Source: Cirrosporium novae-zelandiae (lineage: Eukaryota). From it: a stretch of 64,000 bases of DNA. The notes beneath the pieces are model-generated. The model worked only from the letters and a program-made list of their open reading frames with translations, did no database searches and was not told the origin of the DNA. The stretch is taken from contig JAPETS010000016.1 in the NCBI GenBank assembly GCA_026023565.1, positions 434,001-498,000 of the forward strand, read 5' to 3'. Below, piece by piece: positions 50,700 through 64,000 of the stretch (its first letter is position 1; every line of letters begins with the position of its first letter). The translations under genes were made by a program, and so were the position numbers.

Positions 50700-53600
50700 A
50701 TGTCGGACAATATGTCTGATGCGGAGAAGGTTGTTTCCTGTCGCCAACTTAACAAGAGCTCACTTAGCTGACATCATTGACAGATCCGCAATAAACGGTT
50801 GGCAAAACTTGGTGGTGGTAATGCAGTTAATCATTTAGATGGAACTTCTTCGCAGCCCTCTTCATCAACTTCAACTCCTCAGCCCAAAGGGGAGAGCCAG
50901 AAATCACCTATTTCAACTCCATCCACACCTTCCCTCACGAATCCTTTCCAGCAGCTGGGTTTAAAACAGCCTACAAGTGAACCTCGGATACGTGATAAAC
51001 CTGCAAGCCCGGAACAGCATACAGGGCATAATACATCACGAAAGAAACCACATCTAGAAGACATTGGGATATGGGAAGATCGAACGTTGAGCTCGATATT
51101 TAGACTCACATTGAAGGAGGATGTTAAGACCGATCTACATGGGCATGACCTATTCTTTATTCCTGGAGTAAAATCAGAGCTGGAAGATCAAGGTGCACCG
51201 GTCAGTCTTAGTGCTGGGGTTCTCGAACAAGCTCTCCTTGAGGCAGCTTCTGGATGCAAGGGCACACCCTTAGATTATCTTCTAGGATGCTGGAAGAGAG
51301 TATGTAGAGCTCTGAAGGCCACTGGGAAAGTGGAGCCTAGGCATGGAATTATTAAGGAAGCCAAACGATTATGTATGAGTTATTGCATATTCGCTGCGAC
51401 AATGCCAGAGATGTTTGGGTAAGTCTGTTCTTACACTAACACCATCGAAGACTGCTGATATTTTGTAGTGTGGAAGAACCACTAGAGAATTCGCTCACAG
51501 CACATCTCCTTGTGGATTCCGAGGACGATTGTGGCCTATGCCCCGAGTTTCTGCAAGAAGCTGTGAACCGGTTCCCTGAAGATGATACTATTCGTGATGC
51601 TCTTGTAGGCGCTGCTGAAGATATCAGTCGGAAGCTAGCGAAATTAACGATGAATGATGATTACAAGCCATATGTGACGGCTTTGAGAAATCTAGCGAGA
51701 TTTCCCAAGATTATTGAAGCAATAGTCGAGTCTCCATCATTTCTACCTCTACTCACCAATTCCCCCGACATCGAGCAACAGACATTTCTTGGGCCATTCT
51801 TTCGTATCTCTCCCTTGCAGGTTCCGGTGGCGCAGAACTACTTCTCTAGTCCCAAAACTCTGGATAAAGGTTATATAGTCAACTCGCAACGAGCACTCCG
51901 CATGACTCTTAAGAACCACCAGGACGACTTGTATGATATAATATTTAATTTTGTTCGGGCTGCCCCACAGACTCGCGAGAAGACCCTGGACTGGTTCGCA
52001 ATGTGTGTCAATCTGAATCACAAGCGGAGGGCCATGCAGGTTAATCCTAACGAGGTTTCCACGGATGGGTTTATGGTCAATGTAACGATATGCTTGGATC
52101 AACTTTGTGAACCCTTTATGGATGCAACGTTTTCCAAAATCGATCGGATAGATATTGGGTATTTGAGAAGACGCCCTAGAGTCAACATTCGGGATGAAAC
52201 CAAGATCAACGCTGATCAAAGTACTTCAGATCAGTTCTATGATCAATCTACCGAAGGCACCTCAAATTTCATCTCAGAAGTTTTCTTCTTAGCCCTTGCT
52301 GCTCATCACTACGGCTATGAAGCTACGAACCAAAAGCTCGACCAGCTCGAGAAGCAGTTAAAGCACATGGAAAAACAAATCAGCGTTTTCGAACTTGATC
52401 GCCATAAATATGTAAACCAGCCTGGAGCCCTCGCAATGTTTGAAAGAAGCCTTAAGAAATACAAACAGAAGCTTGATGAAGGTCTTTCCTACAAGTTGGC
52501 TGTCCGAGGAGTGCTCCTCGATGAGCTATCTCAGGCTCGGTCAATGCAATTCATGCGTTATGTAATTGTCTGGATGCTCCGCCTTGTCTCTCCAGGTCAA
52601 ACATACCCTAAGCAACCACTAAAGATTCCGCTTCCCGAAGAGCCATCCGAGGTATTCAAATGTCTTCCTGAGTACTTTCTCGAAGACGTTGTCGACAACT
52701 TCAAATTTATTACCCGCAACATCCCTCAAATTATTACTGCTTCTCAAAGCGAGGAACTAGTAGTTCTCTGCATCACCTTTCTCCGCTCTTCCCAGTACAT
52801 CAAAAACCCTTACCTAAAAGCTGGCCTCATTACAATCCTCTTCCGCGGTACCTGGCCTATGTACTCCCGTCCTAAAGGTATTTTAGGCGATCTTCTCGTA
52901 GGCTTCCCCTTTGCAACTGAGCATCTCCTACATTCCCTGATGCAATACTTTATCGAAGCAGAGTTCACAGGTGGACACACCCAGTTCTTTGATAAATTCA
53001 ATATCCGTTTTGAGATTTTCCAAATCATTAAGTGTGTCTGGTCAAATACGGTGTATCGCCAGAATCTGCTCACGGAATCAAAAGTCAATGTTGAGTTTTT
53101 TGTTCGCTTTGTGAACTTGTTACTGAACGATGTTACGTTTGTACTTGATGAGTCTCTTGGGGCGCTAGGAAAAATCCACACGTTGCAAGAAGAGCTCAAA
53201 GATCCATCCCTTGACCAGGCAGCACGGGCGAACACGGAAGAGAAGCTACAGCAAGAGCAAGGCCGCGCAAAGTCATACATGCAACTTACAAACGAGACGG
53301 TGGCAATGCTGAAGCTCTTTACGGAAGCTTTGGCGGACGCATTCACAATGCCCGAAATCGTACAACGGTTAGCTGACATGTTGGACTATAACCTGGATGC
53401 GCTTGCGGGGCCAAAGAGCTCGGATCTCAAGGTTGACAATATGGGGGAATATGGCTTCAACCCGAAAGCTCTGCTCGCCGAAATCGTTGACGTCTACATG
53501 AACCTTCATCGAAAAGATAATTTTATTCTTGCAGTTGCCAGGGACGGCCGATCCTACAAGCCCGTAAACTTCGAGAAAGTGTCACAGTTGATGAAAAAGT

Positions 53601-54186
53601 TTGGCTTGAAAAGCGCAGACTACATTGTGGAATGGGAGGCGTTGCAGGTTAAATTTGCAATGACCAAGGCCGAGGATGATAAGGTTGAGGAGGATCTAGG
53701 AGAGATTCCGGATGAGTTATTGGGTGGGTTGCTGTTTTCATTCTGGTTGTTTCTGTTATTTACGCTAACACTATCTTCAGATCCTCTTATGTATACCCTC
53801 ATGGAAGACCCCGTCATCCTCCCCACATCCAAAATCAGCATCGATCGTTCTACCATCCGTAGCCATCTCCTCTCGGACCCCAACGATCCTTTCAACCGTG
53901 TTCCATTGAAAATTGAAGATGTGATCCCGGGTACGTATTCCTACCCCCTTTGTATTCTACCCCAATTCCCGACATCTTCATCATACCTTAACTAAACAAT
54001 ACTAACCCCCAACCTTATTTTCCATCAGACACGGTTATGAAAGCAAAAATTGACGCCTTCGTCCAGGAGAAAAGAGGACGCTCACGCAAGGAATTCACGA
54101 GCACGAATACTAATGCTACTGTAGGCGGAGTTGGAGAAGGACATGAGGAAGGGGGTACGGATCCTATGGATACGACTGCCGGTTAG
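50700..54186 (+). CDS. UFD2: Ubiquitin conjugation factor E4 (U-box)
   Basis: [10 protein letters not shown] start, [38 protein letters not shown], and U-box ([36 protein letters not shown]). Four introns. Confidence 0.96.
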
Positions 54187-55597
54187 ATTTGTTATCATTG
54201 AGTCCTGGGTGATTGATTAGTTGGTTGGTCGGCTGGTTAGTTTGTTGGCTAGGAGGGCGCCTTTTGTAGAAAGGATTAACAGGGTCGCATGTTTCATGCT
54301 TCTTGATGCCTTGTGCCTGTGGAATTAGTCGTTTATGATATGACCAACAATACATGCATGTATGAATTATGATTTTGGGTTTTTGGAAGGTAAATAAAAG
54401 TAGAAGAGTTGAGTGGAAAGGGGGAAGTATGGTTTGTATTGTATTTTTCCTTCTTTCTTTCTTTCTTGGATCATTAATTATCTAAGTGAATAAGGGAAAT
54501 GAGTAACCAACTAATTATGTTAGTAATAGTAGAAATAAACAAGCAGAGGAAGAGAGAAAGAAAGAAAGAGAGAGAAGGAAAGGGAGGGTAAGGGAAAATG
54601 GAACAACCATACTTAGGTACAGTACATATATATATATCATCCTTTTAACCCATAATTACAATTATCATTACAACTACAACTACAAACCCATATATAACCA
54701 ACCACTTCCAGCATCCTCTCATACCATACATATATTCTTACATATCCACTATCCACTATCCTATCCCTCCTACCTCATTCCTCCCCTCCCCTCTCCTATT
54801 TTATTTATTATTATACATCTATCATCTACCATTTACATACGGATATAGATATAGATATAGATATATACTGTATCCGCATAACCGACTAACTACCTAGGTA
54901 CATATATATTACAAAAACAGCCCCGTCCCTTTCTCTCCCCTCTCCCTCTCTCTCCCTCCTTTCTGCTTTCCTCTTTACTTACCTCACTTCTCTAACTCTC
55001 CAAGACCCTTTTAAAATAATAACAATAATACTAATGATGATTATATAGTTAAAAAAATCTTTTTATATAATTAATTTAATTTAAACAAACTTTGACCCTT
55101 TGGGCATCCCATGATCCATCATTATAACCCCATTAAAATGAAAACGAATATGAAAAATAAAAATGTGTGACATATATGGCCCAGGGTTTTTTGTGTATAT
55201 AAAAAATTAAATTGAATCAAAATAATTAGGAATGGAAATGAAATTGGGGGGAAGTGGGAAAGAAAAAGGGGAAGGGGGGATATTTTTGTTCCCGAAATTT
55301 GGGAAGACTGGTATAAAAAGGGAAGGAAGGTGAGTGGAGAGTGTGGGTTGTATATTTATTTATTAATACCTTCTGAGGGTTTCGTTTCGTTTCGTTCGGC
55401 TTATGGTCTGTCTGTCTGTCTGTTTTGGTCGTGGGGTCGTTGGTGAGTGAGTGACTGGCTGGAGATAGGGGGTGTCTTTAAGGGCTTGATGTTGGGAGGT
55501 GAGGAGATTTGGAGATGGCTGGCTATGGCGTATGGCGTGTTCTAATATCGCGAAGAGTTGGGGGTTGGGATTGGGGTTTTGAATGTTCCTCCTATAC

Positions 55598-57065
55598 CTA
55601 GCTGTTGTGGTGGTTACGTGGAGAAGGTCCACTATAAGCCCATGTTCGAACCTATGTGCATATATACTCAAGTTAGAAGAAACTCAAAAGAGAAAGATAA
55701 AACATGTATTTATTGAAGCGTATGTCATGCTGCCTTGCATTTGAATTCAGATTTAGGATTCTTCCTTACCGTCATATCCCCACTCGCGGTTACAAACGCA
55801 TCTTCAGTTGGACTTGCGGCGACGGAGATGACTAGAAAAGACATGAGTTTTGGAACGCTTGAATTTCTAATCTTCAAACATATGCAATATGCAACGTACT
55901 GCGTTTGAAAAAAAAAAAGGCCGAACACATACCTGTATTTTTGTGCCCGCTTAGCTTGAGATGGAGTAGGCCGGTTGAAATGTTCCAGATGTATACACTG
56001 CGGTCTTTTGAGCCCGCGAGGAGCCATTTGGAGTCGCGGGTTACGGATACTGATACCACATAGTCCTTAGACAAGTCAAGCAGGTGTTAGCAATGACAGC
56101 AATCTTTTTTGCTTGCTTGCTTTGTGAAAGATTGACTCCATACATACCGTGGGGCCGTGATAAGTTCGAACAAGTGGCACCGAAGCTGACCTGAAATCCC
56201 ATGCTTTGACTGTGTGATCCAAGCTGCCGCTAAACAGCAAACTGCCATCGGGTGAGAATGAGATTGAGTATGCTGCATCTTTATGACCATCCGGGCTGTT
56301 CTCGGTAGCCTTGTTGATTCTCCTTTCGTTGGAACCGGATATATTCCAGATGACGATGGATCCGTCGACCAGGCCAGCGGCAATAAATTGACAGTCGGAA
56401 GAGGTGGCGAGGCTACACACGCCGTCTGAGACCTCGATGTTCATGAATTTCCAGGATATTTCCAGGCTCGATAGGTCGTTAAGCGTGACGATCTTGTTTG
56501 CGCCCCCGGATGCAATCAGGTGGCCATCGGTGGAGACTGCAACAGCATAGATGTCGCTGTTCCCGAATCCTGGGTGGCTAGGGGAATCTGGAAATGTCCT
56601 GTAGAGCGATCCAGTAGCGTTATTCCAAACCTGGAAGATTCAGTGTCCGTCAGGCAAAGACGTCCTCTGGTGACTTACTCTCAGAATTCCATCTTCCGAT
56701 CCCGTTACCAGAAGCATTCCATTCGGACTGAAGCACAAAGATCGCACGTAGTTGTCGACCGGTGGTGGCTCAACACCACCTAGCTGAACAACCATCCTCG
56801 AATCTTCCAACCTGTAGATCGAAGCACCACTGTTGTAGCCCACCGCGAGAAACTTGCCATCAGGGCTAAAGGAGGCGCTGCAGACCACGCTGTTAAGGTG
56901 AAATGTCTCTCCAAGATCGACATCGAGGGCTCCAAGAGTATTGGAATTAAATTCAGCATGCCAATCAAGACCGTCTTTTCTGTGCTGTTGGCTGGGATCA
57001 AGCGTCAAAGCCGCCAGGGCATTGTTGACACTGTTCAAGCCTCGCATAGGTATTTGAACTCTCAT
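55598..57065 (-). CDS. Tup1/RcoA-derived WD40 propeller protein (divergent; no N-terminal Tup_N domain seen)
   Basis: Exons 57065-56679, 56630-56148, 56065-55933, 55831-55770 and 55651-55598. Tup1-type segments KDGLDWHAEFN..LDVDL..SVVCSASFSPDGKFLA, YVRSLCFSPNG, DGHKDAAYSISFSPDG..SGSLDHTVK, GSKDRSV, GHKNTVISVAASP, SGDMTVRTW. The 5' end may extend past 57065. Confidence 0.85.
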
Positions 57066-60000
57066 TGTTAATGAACCTTGAGTGATAGTGTCAATGCCAT
57101 CCGCAGCCTAGGTTTTAAGGACGGGATGAAGGGAAAGAGGTTGTCGTTCTCGCACACGGGTCCAGATACCTTGTGTAACAATGAATGAACTGTCAAGAAC
57201 GAGGAGAGCCGATGTGGAGACTAGAATTATTCATGGATGCATATTGAGGGGTAAAAGAAACAAGGATCGATCCTCGAGAGCGCCTTGTGAAACAGTGCTT
57301 TCGATTTTTATTGCAGAACGCGACTCCTATGGACTGAAATATCTTCCGTCTCTGTGTTTCTTGATTCAATGTAGGCATGATAAGCATTATCAATGGGCAA
57401 GTAAGATAATATTAATCAATCCTTATGTCGAAACAGTTCTTCCCGTTCCAAATTAATGTAGAGAGAAAAACACGTCGAGTGAAATAATTAATCGCGGTGA
57501 AGCAGTGGACTCGGAGGGTGTGACAAGCCGAAATAAACACCGTAATCTTTGTGCTGAGAACAAATGAAATGGCTCCAACATAGCAATATAAGACATACCT
57601 CAGCAATGATGCAGAAATTATTTGTTCATACTTTCCTATTATTTAAGCCCTGGATTGAACATGAGGTCAAGGTTATTAAGATATGACAAAGTGTTTGTTT
57701 TCTTGTAGCTACCCCTGCGGTTACGTTTCCTCTTGTTCAGTATTCCCGACTCGCAATCGATTGAATCTATTCTAATATTCACATATCCGGTCCAGTGTTC
57801 AACATATTTCTTCTCCCCCTTGTCGACGAGTGTATGATACATTGTCCTCGGCTTCCGTGTGTGCTTCTGCGGGTCAGTGCAGTGCCCTGATGCCGGCCCA
57901 TCACCCAAGCGGCATTGCAGATATGCAGGTACAAGGTTCAAGGGATCAATCTGATCGTTGTTGGGAATTATCAACTTCCTATTGCATATTTGAGCTATTG
58001 TCGCTTGTTTTCGTGGTTGTATTGGACCTAAATACGATCAGATCGAGATTCAAGTCGATTAGGGAATAGAATCATTCTTGACAATGGATATCACAGAGTG
58101 TGATAACGATAGTTAATAAGCTGCATAACTAACCAAACACACCCTAGGAGAAGTCATCCGGCCAATATGCTGTAGATGGCAGGTATGCCTAGGTTGTATG
58201 GAATTTGTTGTCAGATGGACGGGGTATTATCAGACGAATTCTGACGTGGCTCATGATCCCACTTTTCCTCTTGAATGGATGTGATAGAGAAGCATGCTTA
58301 GGGTGCTTTTGCGACGGGATCAATATGAAGTTAAACAACTATACGCATTATGCGATTTACCCGTACAAGAATTCCTTTACAATTATCAAAAAGTAGAGAT
58401 GAGTAAAAATGATTATTTAGCTCTTAGAAACCTGCAAAAAAGGGGAAGAAGCAGGGAGGGTATTTGAGATGGTGGTATCTTCAGATAGTACCCTAAGACA
58501 GAGCCCTCGTGGTATGGGTAGAAAAGTGAAAGTGGATCACAAAGGGATTCAGGATTATAGTATTGATTCTTGCGTCACAACTTGGTAGTTCCAGATTTGA
58601 CATGATCATCCATTTATTGCTCGAATAGGGATATATTCGTTACCAAGGAAGAGGCTGATAACCAGCATCCGAGTTTCTGATAATATTTGGCAGGCCGTCA
58701 CCTTTGACCTCTTCTGGGACATCATTCGATTGTAGTTTCAGGTTATTCTTTTCTTTCCTCTGATGCTTCCGCTGACTTCTCAATGTCACCAAATATTGTT
58801 TTTCAAAAGGCCAATCCACACCGAAGCTATTATTGACATTTGTTTGAGCTCGGATCTTGGGTATAACCTTCGGCTGGTCTTTTCCTGGTAGGTAGCGTTC
58901 CGCGTTTTAACGATCGTCAAAGAGTGCGGGCCGAACATTATTTGAATGAATAGATAATAAAAAGAAGAAGGCCAAGTTGAAGAAGAGTGGAACGGTAGAA
59001 CATCGGAATATTTTTAGAGAAGAGGTTTTAGAGGAGCCGAAGGAATTAATGGTCGGCGACCCCATTGTCGTCGAGGTCGGGAGGTGGAGCCGGGCTGAAG
59101 TGCTGGGTCCAAAACTGACACCATTTCAAACAGCAAGCATGTCAATTGTTCTGCATGTGATACTATAGCCATCTCATGACTCTTTGAGAGATTGAAGTTG
59201 TGGGGAAATGCGACGAGTATTCCTGATAAAGATTTGTATTCGAGAATATCCTTTTGGCTAAAAAAAAAAATAGATTCCCAAGAAAGGAAGAAAGGAGTGG
59301 GGGTACCAAGTTCAGGTGAGACTTTGGGTAACATTGCCCGCAAGACGCCACCTCCACGACCTCCACCCCACCGGGGCTTTGTCGGATCTGGTATCTTGGC
59401 ACTTTTATTTAGTAAACTGTAACCCTAAATACTGAACGCTGAGTACTTAGTACTGAAATACCTGACATACTCAAAACACCTACACACGTGCCACAATACC
59501 CAATAACCGCCATCTACCACCATCTGCCGCACCCATCTAGCCACCCTCAAGGACGGTAACCTTAAAAAATGATAAAAACCATCCATGGAAAACATCACCA
59601 GATCTTATACATTTTGAAGGGATTTGTGTTAAAGTAATGCTTGAATCACGCCAAGAGTACCCTCAGACCAAACCACTAAATCACTTGTATCCAGAGTGGC
59701 AACGAACTACGACAGTAAGGTGATGAGCTCTAATGAGCGGTAGTGCGACGGAAATCGGAGATTCTCTACATCAGGCCAGTTGCCTTGGTGGGGAAAGCAC
59801 TAAAAATCAACAACCGGCGGGAAGCAATGGGAAACGATGGGAAACGATGGGTAACTCTAGATTGACGACATTTTAAAAGCTGGAATCCGAACCTCCGTAC
59901 CCCATGGGCGGGCACGAGGGCTCAGCTCGACGGAGGTGCGTTACGTGGAGATCTGAGACAAAATTTACTGTTTATATTGTCCTGTACTTAACAAAACATG

Positions 60001-60457
60001 TGAAATTCTCAAATTCTCCAATCCTCAAGGTGCATATGCTATTACACGTTGCAAAACGGTGGATATCATGTTGGGTTTTGTATCTCTCGTGTTTCTAATC
60101 TAGACAATAGTTCCCACTCATTATCGACATATCCCATTTTCACATTTAATTTTCCACTTCAAACTCTCCCTGTAGAATATATATGTATGGGAAGTAAATA
60201 TCCAAACAATGGTCGGTTGAATGGCGTGTTTCTGTTCATTTGGTCATCGGAAAGGCTTTTGCGGCCGCGTAGGTGGACGGGCCATTAATTTATCAACCCC
60301 ATATTCGTCCATGTGAAGAAATCCCATCACCATGAGCATCAAAATTCATGCCCGATCCAGCATACACTCTTCCCTCAAGTCCATTTCCAGCCCATGCTCC
60401 ATGCATATAATATAACATCCCGTATTATTTAAACGCCTTCCCAGCATTATATGATGC

Positions 60458-63273
<2,816 letters not shown>

Positions 63274-63972
63274 GATAGATACAATGGAATAATGGTTGAA
63301 AAAAGCAGACGCAAGAGCGATTGAGATGAGATGGCGACGAGTTCATATTCGATAGGTGGGGGGGGGGAGGATAGTCACGATCTGGTGATCGCAAAAGGCA
63401 AGGTGATGAGGGAGATGAGGATTCTATGTATCAATAGATGAAGGGGTACGGTAATGCGGAGGGGTGGTGCTTGTCTCCGAAAATGACTATCCAGAGAGCG
63501 GCTAGGGTGAAAATGAACAGCAAAGGATGGAGGGAGGGATCAAAGATACAACGAAGTTATTTGATTTTGGTAAGGGATCCGTGCTGGTTGCATGATGTTC
63601 TTTTGGCTAAGATCTATGGTTGATTTGCCTAATTCAGATTGTGGAGACTATGGAGACTGGAGACCATCATGGAGTCTCTTTCTCCAGACCCCATTTAGGA
63701 TGAGGGCCCGGGAAAATGACCTTGACCAACAACAGTAATACCAGGTATCAAATTAAATTAACCAATCCCAATATGGTCCAAAGTTGTATATTTCATTAAC
63801 TAAAACTGACCACGAGAACGGACAAGCATTTGACAGGTGGAGCCGTGGATGAGCCCTGTTAGGTTTTCTTACTGCCACCCTCGCACTGACTTTTTGATAA
63901 GTACAGTCCCTAGGTAACCTTTTAACCCTGCATCCGAGTTGGTATGAAGAAGTTGAGAATCATATACCTGGG

Positions 63973-63994
63973 TATATATATATATATATATATA
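63973..63994. repeat. (TA)n microsatellite
   Basis: Perfect TA run of about 11 units. Confidence 0.9.
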
Positions 63995-64000
63995 ACCAAT

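Noticed and set aside
54200..55600. AT-rich stretch of short repeats (ATATAG, purine and pyrimidine tracts)
   Set aside because: Ordinary low-complexity sequence between convergent genes; no repeat-spacer periodicity or TE termini.
59420..59428. TAACCCTAA, identical to the telomerase RNA template of TTAGGG-telomere fungi
   Set aside because: Context is low-complexity, no pseudoknot or CR4/5 element was recognised, and only about 1 kb separates it from a convergent gene. A 9-mer can occur by chance in 64 kb.

Overview
Gene-dense window from a filamentous ascomycete (Pezizomycotina) nuclear genome: short GT-AG introns with CTRAC branch points and about 21 protein genes. Most are conserved housekeeping genes: a Crz1-like N-terminus at the left edge, an MFS sugar porter, two Zn2Cys6 transcription factors, endosulfine Igo1, SFM1, KEX1, two secreted Ser/Thr-rich proteins, a TCP11/SOK1 protein, PRP21, MYG1, ICE2, ALG11, COX18, PTC5, RQC1, an NmrA-like protein and UFD2. 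There are two intron-containing tRNAs (Glu-CTC, Gly-TCC), a mutated transposon end and a probable decayed transcription-factor gene. Four things stand out. (1) An intronless 411-aa orphan ORF with no lysine at all and SUMO-interacting-like motifs, next to transposon debris and near RQC1 (which has its own 214-aa lysine desert) and UFD2. (2) A diverged Tup1-type WD40 protein with no visible N-terminal oligomerisation domain. (3) A 421-nt, multi-hairpin intron in a GPI-protein gene. (4) An ALG11 with several normally invariant motifs replaced. All gene names rest on motif recognition by eye; no database search was run.
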